DNA of 64,000 nt, from NCBI RefSeq assembly GCF_047975795.1, contig NZ_JBKEEE010000028.1, forward strand, positions 17,372 to 81,371, given 5' to 3'. The notes beneath the pieces were generated by a model that was not told where the DNA came from, did no database searches, and saw only the letters and a program-made list of their open reading frames with translations. Shown in pieces: positions 1 to 14,124 of this stretch (position 1 is the first letter of the stretch; the number at the start of each line of letters is the position of its first letter). The position numbers and the translations under genes were made by a program. Source of the DNA: Ottowia sp. (GTDB lineage Bacteria; Pseudomonadota; Gammaproteobacteria; Burkholderiales; Burkholderiaceae_C).

Positions 1-1
1 C

Positions 2-820
<819 letters not shown>

Positions 821-838
821 ATTCATCCTCATCTCGCC

Positions 839-1708
839 GTGACCCTGCAAGAACTGGTGCAGCACACCCAGCAAGCGCTGACAGATGCGGGCGTCAGCTT
901 TGGTCACGGCACCACCAACGCCCACGACGAAGCCGCCTGGCTGGTGCTGCACGCACTCGGTTTGCCGCTGGATACGGCTTTAGATGATGTCGCCAACCAG
1001 CCTCTGACGCAGGCTCAAAAGAAGCAGGCAGCCGCGCTTTTGCAAGCGCGCATCACCTCACGCCAACCGCTGGCCTATCTCACACACCAGGCTTGGTTGC
1101 AAGGCGTGCCGTTTTATGTCGATCAGCGCACGATCATCCCCCGCAGCCTCATCGCCGAAATACTGGCCGATGGCGGCATCGATCCGTGGTTAACCGGGCG
1201 CACTCGGCGCGTGCTGGATTTATGCACCGGCAACGGCAGCCTGGCCGTGCTGGCCGCTCTGGCCTGGCCTGAAGTGCAGGTGGATGCCGCCGACCTGAGC
1301 GTTGACGCGCTGGCCGTGGCCCGCATCAACGTCAATCAACATGGCTTGGCTGGCCGCATTCACCTGATCGAAAGCGACGGTCTGGCGCACTGCCCCGGCC
1401 CCTACGATTTGATCCTGTGCAACCCACCTTACGTCAATGCCGCCAGCATGGCCACGCTACCGCCTGAGTTCCGCGCCGAACCCACGCTGGCACTGGCCGG
1501 TGGCCATGACGGTATGGACTTTGTGCGCCACCTGCTCAAAAACGCCCCTGCCGTCATGGCCGAACATGCCGTGCTGGTACTGGAAATCGGCCACGAGTGC
1601 CCACACTTTGAAGCGGCCTTCCCTGCCCTCAACCCCGTTTGGCTAGACAACAGCTCTGGCAATGACCAGGTGCTGCTGCTCACCTACGATGAGTTGGCTA
1701 CTATCTGA
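839..1708 (+). CDS. prmB: 50S ribosomal protein L3 N5-glutamine methyltransferase
   Basis: FGHGTTNAHDEAAWL, IPRSLIAE, LDLCTGNG, NPPY, EPTLALAGG. Confidence 0.95.
   Translation: MTLQELVQHTQQALTDAGVSFGHGTTNAHDEAAWLVLHALGLPLDTALDDVANQPLTQAQKKQAAALLQARITSRQPLAYLTHQAWLQGVPFYVDQRTIIPRSLIAEILADGGIDPWLTGRTRRVLDLCTGNGSLAVLAALAWPEVQVDAADLSVDALAVARINVNQHGLAGRIHLIESDGLAHCPGPYDLILCNPPYVNAASMATLPPEFRAEPTLALAGGHDGMDFVRHLLKNAPAVMAEHAVLVLEIGHECPHFEAAFPALNPVWLDNSSGNDQVLLLTYDELATI
994..1047 (-). repeat. Fixed-spacing 54-bp motif, degenerate copy inside prmB
   Basis: GCTTG CAAAAGC GCGGCT GCCT GCTT CTTTTGAGCCT GCGT CAGA GGCT GGTTG; same block spacing as other copies; shares GCTTGCAAAA with the 3533-3586 copy. 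Confidence 0.5.
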
Positions 1709-1780
1709 TACGCTTAAAACACTTTATATACACCACCTTTTCCTCGCAGTGCAGCCCCAGCGGCGTCACTAACAACTGTT

Positions 1781-2677
1781 TTGCTTCATCACATTATTTC
1801 CATCAGCCTTCTGAGCACCATCCTGACATTCGCAACGCCTGCGATCGCACTGGATCCTGCACTGACCAAGATCCAGCAATCTGGCGTTATCTGGATAGGT
1901 TACCGCCCCACAGCAGCGCCTTTGTCATACCGCAGTCAAGATGGTCAAGCCTTGGGCTATGCCACTGATCTGTGCCGGGCTGTTGTCTCTTCCATTAAAG
2001 GCCATCTGCAACTGGATGTCCTGCACGCTAACTTTGTGCCCGTCACAGCCGAAGAGGGATTGCAGCGCATCATGGATGGTCGTATCCAAATGGAATGCGC
2101 AGACACCACCAATTCAAAACAACGGCGTGCACGCGTGGCTTTTGGGTTGGCTTACTACTACGCCAGCGCCAAGATGATGGTAAAAAAAAATGATCCTCGT
2201 AAATTAATGTCAGAAATGGAAGGTCAGCGTATCGCTGTAGAAAACGGCTCCACCGCCCAGATCATTGTCCAGCGCCGCAATAAAGCGGGAGATCATTTCA
2301 CCATTGTCACCGTACCCAACACAGTCGAAGGCGCTCAGGCCGTCCTGAGTGGACGGGCGGATGCGTTTGTATCCAATGACCTCAGGCTTTATGAGCAAGC
2401 CAAGGCTTCGCGCGGCCAGTTAAAGGTAGTCGGCCCACGCTTGTCAATTGAGCCGCTGTCTGTGGTGGTACCCAAAAACTCACCAGAACTTCAGACACTG
2501 GTGATTAACAGTATGAACAATCTTTTCCGCCAGGGCCAAGCACGGCAGCTGTATGAACAATGGTTCCAACAGCCCCTGCCAGGGCTTGGTTACTCGCTCG
2601 ATATCTTTCCCGATCAGTTGCTGAACGACAGCTTTCGGCGCCCCGTGCCCTTTGTGACCGACTGGATCGTTTTGTAG
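1781..2677 (+). CDS. Amino-acid ABC transporter periplasmic binding protein (GltI-like, SBP family 3), no permease adjacent
   Basis: Signal peptide; IGYR..AAPLSY, ECADTTNSKQRR, GSTA, ADAFVSND, LSIEP; visibly AT-richer codons than neighbours. Confidence 0.85.
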   Translation: MLHHIISISLLSTILTFATPAIALDPALTKIQQSGVIWIGYRPTAAPLSYRSQDGQALGYATDLCRAVVSSIKGHLQLDVLHANFVPVTAEEGLQRIMDGRIQMECADTTNSKQRRARVAFGLAYYYASAKMMVKKNDPRKLMSEMEGQRIAVENGSTAQIIVQRRNKAGDHFTIVTVPNTVEGAQAVLSGRADAFVSNDLRLYEQAKASRGQLKVVGPRLSIEPLSVVVPKNSPELQTLVINSMNNLFRQGQARQLYEQWFQQPLPGLGYSLDIFPDQLLNDSFRRPVPFVTDWIVL

Positions 2678-2749
2678 TTCCATCTATCTACAGCGGAGCA
2701 CCCTAAACTGGAGCCATTCATCGTTTCATTTTTGAACAAAGCTCACCCC

Positions 2750-3523
<774 letters not shown>

Positions 3524-3532
3524 TTCTCAATC

Positions 3533-3586
3533 AAATCAACTCATAACGCCTGTCATACTTGCGTTGAGAGCTATAATTTTGCAAGC
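3533..3586 (-). repeat. Fixed-spacing 54-bp motif, intergenic copy
   Basis: GCTTG CAAAATT ATAGCT CTCA ACGC AAGTATGACAG GCGT TATG AGTT GATTT. Confidence 0.75.
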
Positions 3587-3630
3587 ACCTGCAAGCTAAA
3601 CAAGGGCTTGTAATCATCAGCTTGCCCCCC

Positions 3631-4782
3631 ATGGCCCAACGCATCATCCCCCTGGTGGACCACCGCACCGCAGCGCTGCCCACACCGCACGCGGCAGTGC
3701 CCTCACCTGCGGGCACTCTGGTCGATGCACGCGGACGCCCGCTGCGCGACTTGCGCATCAGCGTCACCGACCGCTGCAACTTCCGTTGCAGCTACTGCAT
3801 GCCCAAAGAGGTGTTCGACAGCCAATACGCTTACCTGCCCCACAGCGCACTGTTGCGATTTGAAGAAATCGCCCGGCTGGCGCGCCTGTTCATGGCGCAC
3901 GGTGTGCGCAAACTGCGCCTGACCGGTGGCGAGCCACTGCTGCGCAAAGACATCGAGACGCTGATTGAGCAATTGGCCGCACTGCGCACCGCCGATGGTC
4001 AACCGCCGGAAATCACCCTGACCACCAATGCTGCGCTGCTGACGCGCAAGGCACAGGCTTTAAAAGACGCGGGATTGAACCGTGTCACCGTCAGCCTGGA
4101 TGGGCTGGATGACACGGTGTTCCGCCGCATGAACGACGTCGACTTTCCCGTGGCCCAAGTGCTGGCGGGCATCGAAGCGGCGCAAACAGCGGGGCTGACG
4201 CCGATCAAAGTCAACATGGTGGTCAAGCGCGGCACCAACGACGCACAGATCTTGCCCATGGCGCGGCACTTTCGCGGCAGCGGCGTGGTGCTGCGCTTTA
4301 TCGAATACATGGACGTCGGGGCCACCAACGGCTGGCGCATGGACGAGGTGCTGCCCTCAGCCGACGTCATCCGCTTGCTGCAAACCAAGTTCTCCTTGGT
4401 GCCCCTGCAAGCCAGCGCCCCCGGTGAAACCGCCGAGCGCTGGAGCTATGCAGGTGCCGACGGCTTGCACGATCCCGCATTGGGCGAAATCGGCGTCATC
4501 AGCAGCGTCACCCAGGCTTTTTGCGGCGACTGCAACCGCGCCCGCCTGTCGATGGACGGCAAACTGTTTCTGTGCCTGTTTGCCGGCCAGGGTTACGACC
4601 TGCGGGCGCTGCTGCGCGGCAGCGATGGTGGCCGCCCCCCCGCCACCGATGCAGACATTGAAGCGGCCATTGCCGCCATCTGGCAAGGCCGCACCGACCA
4701 CTACAGCGAACTGCGCGCCAGTCTGCCGCCCGAAGCCACCGAAGGCATGCGGCGGGTGGAAATGAGTTATATCGGGGGGTAA
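3631..4782 (+). CDS. moaA: GTP 3',8-cyclase (molybdenum cofactor biosynthesis)
   Basis: [16 protein letters not shown] radical SAM motif, [11 protein letters not shown]-terminal MSYIGG. Confidence 0.97.
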   Translation: MAQRIIPLVDHRTAALPTPHAAVPSPAGTLVDARGRPLRDLRISVTDRCNFRCSYCMPKEVFDSQYAYLPHSALLRFEEIARLARLFMAHGVRKLRLTGGEPLLRKDIETLIEQLAALRTADGQPPEITLTTNAALLTRKAQALKDAGLNRVTVSLDGLDDTVFRRMNDVDFPVAQVLAGIEAAQTAGLTPIKVNMVVKRGTNDAQILPMARHFRGSGVVLRFIEYMDVGATNGWRMDEVLPSADVIRLLQTKFSLVPLQASAPGETAERWSYAGADGLHDPALGEIGVISSVTQAFCGDCNRARLSMDGKLFLCLFAGQGYDLRALLRGSDGGRPPATDADIEAAIAAIWQGRTDHYSELRASLPPEATEGMRRVEMSYIGG

Positions 4783-4806
4783 GGCCATGCGGGTGCACTG
4801 TCCGAC

Positions 4807-5373
4807 ATGAGCGTTCCTGTCGAACTGAGTACACACCGTCTGCGGCTGCGTCCGTGGCTGCCGCAGGACCGTGCACCATTTGCCGCCCTCAACGCCGACC
4901 CCGAGATGATGGCCTATTTTCCATTCCCGCTCAGCCGCATTGAGAGCAACATCTTGGCCGATCATCTTCAGGCTTTGCTGACGCAACACGGATGGGGATT
5001 TTGGGCGCTGGAGTTGCGCGCGACTGGCACCTTCATCGGATTTACCGGCTTGCATCAAGTCGACAATGCCTTGCCTTTTTCCCCTGCGACTGAAGTCGGC
5101 TGGCACTTGGCTCGTCCCTACTGGGGCGAGGGCCTGGCGAGCGAGGCTGCACGCTGCGCCCTCCGCTATGCCTTCGAATCGCTGGCCTTGCCCGAAGTTG
5201 TGGCCTTCACCGCCTTAGGCAATACGCCCTCACAAGCTGTGATGCGCCGCTTGGGTATGCGCTACGACGGTGAATTCGAGCACCCAGCACTGCCGCCCGG
5301 CCACCCTTTAAGGCCGCACGCGTTGTATCGCATGTGTCGTGCCGACGATGCAGCGCACATACTCGACGCATGA
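4807..5373 (+). CDS. GNAT N-acetyltransferase (RimJ/RimL family)
   Basis: RLRLRPW, GWGFWALE, EVGWHL..YWGEGLASEAA, SQAVMRRLGM. Confidence 0.9.
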   Translation: MSVPVELSTHRLRLRPWLPQDRAPFAALNADPEMMAYFPFPLSRIESNILADHLQALLTQHGWGFWALELRATGTFIGFTGLHQVDNALPFSPATEVGWHLARPYWGEGLASEAARCALRYAFESLALPEVVAFTALGNTPSQAVMRRLGMRYDGEFEHPALPPGHPLRPHALYRMCRADDAAHILDA

Positions 5374-5627
5374 AACACGTTCACGCGAATGCGTCTATCA
5401 CCGCCCTGCTGCTGACTGTTGGCCGCGGCAATCGCATGGGCGGTGTGGACAAGGGCTTGCAGGTGTTTGGCGGGGGCACGCTGGCGCAAAACGCACTGGC
5501 GCGGCTGCGGGCACAAACGCTGCCGCCCGCTGAGGTGCTGATCAGCAAAAGGCAATCTATGACCCGCCGCATTCTGTCAAGCCGATCTATGACCCAATAC
5601 TGTTCCTCACACCCTGGGCCACTTTGA
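5370..5627 (+). pseudogene. mobA: Truncated molybdenum cofactor guanylyltransferase; only ~59 N-terminal codons are MobA-like
   Basis: ATGA overlap with GNAT stop; ITALLLTVGRGNRMGGVDKGLQ..LARLRAQ..VLIS matches the MobA N-terminus (LAGGRG decayed to LTVGRG); similarity stops at ~5546. Confidence 0.85.
5555..5595 (+). repeat. 11-bp direct repeat ATCTATGACCC x2
   Basis: Copies at 5555-5565 and 5585-5595, right after the mobA breakpoint. Confidence 0.8.
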
Positions 5628-5651
5628 CAAACAGACGTTTTGATCTGGATC

Positions 5652-5705
5652 ATTTTGGGGCTTGGTGCAATACCATAAAGCGTATAAAGCTATCAATACA
5701 ATAGT
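5652..5705 (-). repeat. Fixed-spacing 54-bp motif, intergenic copy
   Basis: ACTAT TGTATTG ATAGCT TTAT ACGC TTTATGGTATT GCAC CAAG CCCC AAAAT. Confidence 0.8.
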
Positions 5706-5707
5706 GA

Positions 5708-6634
5708 TTAATGGCGATTTTCTGGTCCTGTCGCGTTCAACAAATGATCCACAAAAACGCGCACCCGCGCTGACAAATGCTGCCGCGTGGGATACAGCGC
5801 ATAAAAAGGCCGCGTGCTGCCACCCAGCGAGGGCAGCACTTCCACCAGATGCCCCGCTTGCACCGCTTGCGCAGCCACAAAGTGGTAGATCTGAAACAAC
5901 CCGCCGCCTGCTACGGCCCAGCCCAGGCCCGCCAGCACGTCTTCGTGAATGCGCTGTCGGCTGTTGAAATTGAATGGGATGTCCTCGCCCTGGCTGCCGC
6001 GAAACACCCACGGCATGGGCCGCCCGGTACTGGGGCGCACGAACTGAATCAGGTCATGGTGCTGTAAATCATCCAATGTCTGAGGCTGTCCCTGGCGTGC
6101 CAGATAGGCAGGCGAGGCAAAGACGCCCAGCGTGGCGTCTTCCAGCTTGCGCGCCACCAGCCGTGAATCGCGCGGCTCACCCAGCCGGATGGCCAGATCG
6201 TAGTCGTCTGCCACGAAGTCGATGTTGCGGTTGGACACGTTCATCTCCACCTCGACTTCCCGGAAAGCCGCCATAAATCCGGGCAGCAAAGGCACCAGGC
6301 GATGGTGGCCGTACACCGTGCCCACACTCACCCTCAACACGCCCTTGGGCACGCTTTGCTGCCCGGTCACGGCGCGCTCGGCTTCGGCAATCTGCTCCAG
6401 CGCCTGTTGGCATTGCGCGTGGTACAGCTGCCCATCGCTGGTCAGGCGCACACTGCGGGTGGTGCGTGTGAACAGGCGCACGCCCAAGCGCTCTTCAAGC
6501 CGCGCCACGGAGCGGCTGACCGCTGCCGGCGTCAGCCCCAGGGTTTCAGCCGCAGCCGTAAAGCCGCCCAGCTCGGCCGCTTTGCAAAACAATTCAATGC
6601 TGCCCAACTGGACGGAATCAAAAGCTCGACTCAT
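5708..6634 (-). CDS. LysR-family regulator (CrgA/DmlR-like)
   Basis: GGFTAAAETLGLTPAAVSRSVARLEERLGVRLFTRTTR HTH; YDLAIR; divergent from DJ-1 gene. Confidence 0.95.
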   Translation of the reverse strand: MSRAFDSVQLGSIELFCKAAELGGFTAAAETLGLTPAAVSRSVARLEERLGVRLFTRTTRSVRLTSDGQLYHAQCQQALEQIAEAERAVTGQQSVPKGVLRVSVGTVYGHHRLVPLLPGFMAAFREVEVEMNVSNRNIDFVADDYDLAIRLGEPRDSRLVARKLEDATLGVFASPAYLARQGQPQTLDDLQHHDLIQFVRPSTGRPMPWVFRGSQGEDIPFNFNSRQRIHEDVLAGLGWAVAGGGLFQIYHFVAAQAVQAGHLVEVLPSLGGSTRPFYALYPTRQHLSARVRVFVDHLLNATGPENRH

Positions 6635-6751
6635 TTATTCCTTTATGTAATTAAAGATTTTCAATATTTGGAGTTTATTTGTATTTCAAGAATGAATAAA
6701 GTCCTTTCCATCGCGTTGTATGGCGCGTTTGGTTCACGAAAGGAAAATCGC

Positions 6752-7453
6752 ATGAAACCCCAAGTCCTGATGATCGTCACCTCCAACGCCCGCATGGGCA
6801 ACGCCGACAAGCCCACGGGTCTGTGGGCTGAAGAGTTGGCGGTGCCTTATTACGCACTGATCGATGCAGGTGTGGACATCACACTGGCCTCCCCTGCTGG
6901 CGGTCCTGCACCAGTTGACCCAGGCAGCCTCAAACCCCGCGGCGAAAATGACCCTGTCGTCGAGCGCCTGTTGGCCGACGAGCAACTGCAAGCCCGGATG
7001 GCCGTCACACGCAAGGCGTCCAATCTGGATGGCGCGCAATTTGATGCGGTGTTTTTCCCCGGTGGTCACGGCACCATGTGGGACTTGCCAAATGATGTCG
7101 GTGTGACCCGCGCGGTTGAGCGCGCCTTTGCTGCGGGCAAACTGATCGCCTCGGTCTGCCACGGCGCATCGGGCCTAGTCAGCGCCAAGCGGCCCGATGG
7201 TCAATCTATCGTCAAGGACTTGCGCGTCAACGCTTTCACCGATGCGGAAGAGGTCGCTGTCGGTCTGGACAAGGTGGTGCCCTTCATGCTGGAGACGCGC
7301 CTGCGCGATCTGGGCGGGCGTTTTGAAGGCGCGGCCAACTGGCAGCCGTTTGCCATCCGTGATGGGCAGTTAGTGACCGGCCAAAACCCGCAGTCCTCCG
7401 CGCTGGTGGCTCAAGCCTTGCTTGAGGCACTGCCTGTGGCGGCCAAGGTTTGA
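6752..7453 (+). CDS. DJ-1/PfpI (type 1 glutamine amidotransferase-like, Hsp31-like) protein
   Basis: TGLWAEELAVPY, FFPGGHGTMWD, SVCHG nucleophile, TGQNPQSS; AAGGA RBS. Confidence 0.92.
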   Translation: MKPQVLMIVTSNARMGNADKPTGLWAEELAVPYYALIDAGVDITLASPAGGPAPVDPGSLKPRGENDPVVERLLADEQLQARMAVTRKASNLDGAQFDAVFFPGGHGTMWDLPNDVGVTRAVERAFAAGKLIASVCHGASGLVSAKRPDGQSIVKDLRVNAFTDAEEVAVGLDKVVPFMLETRLRDLGGRFEGAANWQPFAIRDGQLVTGQNPQSSALVAQALLEALPVAAKV

Positions 7454-7483
7454 CCATCCGATGGCTGCATCGCCCACAGCCAC

Positions 7484-9670
7484 TCAAAAGTCAAACGTGG
7501 CCGACACGTGGTAAGTGCGCGGTGCGCCCAGATTGGCGCGTCCGCCGCCCCACAGCCCTTCCCAGTATTTTTTGTTGGCCACGTTGGTGACCAAGCCGCG
7601 CAATACCACTGGCTGCCCGGCGACTTTAGTCGCATAGCGCACACCCAGATCCACGGTGGTCCAGGACGGCAGCTTGACCTGGTTGTCGGTGGTCAGCCAC
7701 ATCGATCCGGTGTAGTTGACCCGGCCACTCAGCGTCAGCCCCTGGACGGCAGGAATGGCCCAGTCCACGCCCAGGTTGGCCAGCCACTTGGGTACGCCAT
7801 ATTGGGTATTGCCCTGGTTGGTACCGCCTTGCGTTTTGGTGTGTTCAGCCTTGGTGTAAGTGACGCCGCCTTGCACACCAACATCGCGCGTGAGCTTGCC
7901 GAACACATTCCACTCGACACCCCGGTTGCGCTGCTCGCCATCGGCTTGCTGCGCGTTGTCGGCGGTGGTGATGACGGCGGGTTTGGTGATCTGGAACAGG
8001 CTGACGGTTTGTGTCAGCTCATTCCAGCGCCATTTGATGCCCAGCTCGCCCTGCTTGCTTTTGTACGGGGCCAGGGTTTCGCCTTCGTTGATGTACGGCG
8101 CGCTGACCACTTGCCCGGCGCTCAAGCCCTGGATGTAGTTGGCGTACAAAGAGATGTCGTCGCCCCAGGGCTTGGCCACAACGCCCACCATGGGCGTGAC
8201 GGCCGATTCATCGTAGCCCGCCATCTTCTGGCGTACTTTCTGATGGCGCACGCCCAAGGTCAGGCGCAAGCGGTCATCCAGCATGCTGAGGGTATCCACC
8301 ACCGACAGGGCAGAACTCACGTCCTTGGTGGTTTCGCGATAAGTAGATGCATCAGCGCCCACAGGCATTTGCACCATGGTGGGGTTGTAGATGTTGCTGT
8401 CCGTGATTGACCAGGTGCCATTGCCACGAATGCCGCCGTGGCGACGCTCCTGATTGGCCGACAGTGTCAACGCGTGCTTCACGGCACCTGTGCTGAACTC
8501 TCCGCGCACACCCAACTCGTACGCATACGCGCGCTGCTTGCCCCACGAGTTGTAGACCGTGCCGGTGGCGGCTCCCGTATCCGCATTGGCGGCATTCCAT
8601 ACCGGGCGCGTGCCGTAGATAAAACCGTCGTAAGACTGGCGCGCCGTGCCTGCGCCGGCAAACGCCGTCCATTGCGAGGTCAGCTTGGCTTCACCACGCA
8701 CGATCACCCCGCGTGTGCGCATGTTGGTGAACACGTCATCGCCATGGAAGAAATTGGTGGATCCATCAGGTGCGTCAGGAAGGCTTGTCCATGCCCCTTG
8801 AAAAATCGGCTGCATCACCACCCCGTCGCGGGCCTTGGTGGTCAGCGAATAAGCATCCATCGCCACCTTCCAGTTGTTGCCCTGGTAATCCATGGCCAAA
8901 GCGCCGATCGTGCGCCGAACCTTTTGGTGATCCAGCGCTGTGCCGCCGTCACCATAAGCGCCATTGAAACGAATGCCCAGGCGCTGTTCTTCACCAAACC
9001 GGCGCGCCAGATCAGCGTGCAGTTCATACGACGACTTGCTGGAATAGCTGGTGGTCAGACGCGTGATGGGTTGGCGTCCTGCCCGCTTGGGCACCAAATT
9101 GATGGCACCACCCACATCACCTGTCGGTGGCACGCCCATCAACATGGCACCGGGGCCTTTGAGCAGCTCGATGCGCTCGAACATTTCAGTCGGCACGCTT
9201 TGCAGCGGTGCCAGACCATACATGCCGTTGATGGCGATGGATTCCGAATTCAAGGGAAAGCCGCGGATGATGAAGTTCTCAACCAAATGCCCCTCGTTGG
9301 TCATCGTGCGCACGGATGGGTCTTTGCGCAGCACATCGGCCAGGGTTTGGGCTTGCTCATCCTCGATGGCTTCAGCCGTGTAGGACGTGATGTTGAACGG
9401 CGCATCCATCACGTCCACATTGCCCATGATGCCTAATCGCGCTCCGGTAGCCACCTTGCCCCCTGGTACGGCAGGCGGCAAGTCGGACAGCGACTCGGCT
9501 TGGCTTTTGACCGTAACTTCAGGCAATGAGGCCGATGTGGCATCAGTGGTCTGTCCCGAGGCCGATGTGCTGATCGCCATCAGCATGCAAGTGCTGGCCA
9601 ACGCCAATGAATGCAAGCGAAACAGGTCGAAACCCGCGCGCAACGAAAACTTGTCAGTATGGGGTAGCAT
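7484..9670 (-). CDS. TonB-dependent siderophore receptor
   Basis: Signal peptide, TonB box LPEVTV, plug motif FERIELLKGP..GGAINLVPKRA, GEQRNRGVE, C-terminal SATFDF. Confidence 0.94.
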   Translation of the reverse strand: MLPHTDKFSLRAGFDLFRLHSLALASTCMLMAISTSASGQTTDATSASLPEVTVKSQAESLSDLPPAVPGGKVATGARLGIMGNVDVMDAPFNITSYTAEAIEDEQAQTLADVLRKDPSVRTMTNEGHLVENFIIRGFPLNSESIAINGMYGLAPLQSVPTEMFERIELLKGPGAMLMGVPPTGDVGGAINLVPKRAGRQPITRLTTSYSSKSSYELHADLARRFGEEQRLGIRFNGAYGDGGTALDHQKVRRTIGALAMDYQGNNWKVAMDAYSLTTKARDGVVMQPIFQGAWTSLPDAPDGSTNFFHGDDVFTNMRTRGVIVRGEAKLTSQWTAFAGAGTARQSYDGFIYGTRPVWNAANADTGAATGTVYNSWGKQRAYAYELGVRGEFSTGAVKHALTLSANQERRHGGIRGNGTWSITDSNIYNPTMVQMPVGADASTYRETTKDVSSALSVVDTLSMLDDRLRLTLGVRHQKVRQKMAGYDESAVTPMVGVVAKPWGDDISLYANYIQGLSAGQVVSAPYINEGETLAPYKSKQGELGIKWRWNELTQTVSLFQITKPAVITTADNAQQADGEQRNRGVEWNVFGKLTRDVGVQGGVTYTKAEHTKTQGGTNQGNTQYGVPKWLANLGVDWAIPAVQGLTLSGRVNYTGSMWLTTDNQVKLPSWTTVDLGVRYATKVAGQPVVLRGLVTNVANKKYWEGLWGGGRANLGAPRTYHVSATFDF

Positions 9671-9683
9671 GATTAATTATGCA

Positions 9684-9702
9684 AATAAGAATTAAAACCA
9701 TT
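9684..9702. promoter_or_regulatory. Probable Fur box
   Basis: AATAAGAATTAAAACCATT, 13/19 to the AATGAGAATGATTCTCATT-type Fur site, just upstream of the receptor start. Confidence 0.65.
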
Positions 9703-9797
9703 AAAGTTTAAGACAAATTTGCAACGTGCTCCCTATGCTGCCGCTGTAAAGCGGCCTGCAAAGCCACGCTTGTTGCTACAGCGCAACCAACGTCAGG

Positions 9798-13070
<3,273 letters not shown>

Positions 13071-13080
13071 GGCGAAAAAA

Positions 13081-13698
13081 TCAGAAAAGCAGCTTGACCG
13101 GAATATGACAACGCACGAAAGCGTCAGTTAAGTAAGGAACGAGCAGGCGCTGACCAAACTGGCGGCCACGCTGCCCTGCATCCTGGGCCGCGCCATCGAC
13201 CAGTTGGTCGATGCCTGTAAAACGGCGCAGTGGCGCAAACTCAGGCGCAGTGGACAGCGCAGTGATGGCCGCTTTTTCTTGCGATGTGGCGGCCACAGGT
13301 TCCGGGCCGACGCCTGCGCCTTGCATCACCGATTGGCCAAACAATCGCGCAGCGCCGCTTTCAAGCACGCGCAGGTCGCCCATCAGGGTATCAGGATGCG
13401 CTTTGGCATAGGCCAGTGCAGACTGACGCTGGCGTGGTGTGATCTGGGCCGATGTGAGTCCGCTGCGCACGCAATTGAGTTGCCGCGTGCTGACCAGCGC
13501 CGAGCGCTTATCGAGCGGCCAGCGAGAGTCCTGTTCAGCCGCCGCGTCCATCACCGGCCCCACGGGCAGCAATTGCATGTAAGCATCGGCAAAGCGATTC
13601 TCCTGAGCGGCCAGCAACTCAGCGGCTGGCAGGCGCACACAGCCGGATACCAGGGCCACCACCGCAGGCGCTGCCACGGCCCCGACGCCTGTTCGCAT
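13081..13698 (-). CDS. Hypothetical probable lipoprotein between carA and carB
   Basis: Hydrophobic N-terminus ending in lipobox-like LVSGC; start chosen at ATG 13698. Confidence 0.65.
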   Translation of the reverse strand: MRTGVGAVAAPAVVALVSGCVRLPAAELLAAQENRFADAYMQLLPVGPVMDAAAEQDSRWPLDKRSALVSTRQLNCVRSGLTSAQITPRQRQSALAYAKAHPDTLMGDLRVLESGAARLFGQSVMQGAGVGPEPVAATSQEKAAITALSTAPEFAPLRRFTGIDQLVDGAAQDAGQRGRQFGQRLLVPYLTDAFVRCHIPVKLLF

Positions 13699-13764
13699 AG
13701 CACTCAGATTCAAAAAGTGCTCCTGAACGCGCACACTTTGCAAGCAGTCTGGATACACCGATCA

Positions 13765-14124
13765 TCAATCATGCCGCTCATCCAGCTTGGCCAACAAGGC
13801 GGCAGCACGCTCGGCGGGCATGTTCTTTTGCATCAACTGCACCAGGCCATCGCCCTCGATCATGGGGCGCAGCACTTGGGCCTCGGCGTCGTAAAACTTG
13901 ACGGCCCAGGCAGCCAATTCGCCATTGAACTCCTCATCAGTCCAGGTCTTGCCTTTGGCCAGCAGCGTGATCAGCGGCATGGCTTTGTGCTCCATGAACG
14001 ATTTTTTATACGGTTTTTGCGACCAGCGGTCGGCAAACCATTCTTTGTGTGGCGGCTGCAAAGACAGCATGCGCTTGGCAATGGCTTTTTCCAAAGCGGC
14101 TTGGGGAAAGGCGTAGAGTTTCAT
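13765..14124 (-). CDS. Hypothetical protein (119 aa)
   Basis: ATG directly follows carA TGA, GGAGA RBS within carA end, host-like codons. Confidence 0.8.
   Translation of the reverse strand: MKLYAFPQAALEKAIAKRMLSLQPPHKEWFADRWSQKPYKKSFMEHKAMPLITLLAKGKTWTDEEFNGELAAWAVKFYDAEAQVLRPMIEGDGLVQLMQKNMPAERAAALLAKLDERHD

Noticed and set aside
1697..1735. GCTACTATCTGATACGCT at the prmB stop resembling the motif's left arm
   Set aside because: Spacing is off and there is no right half.
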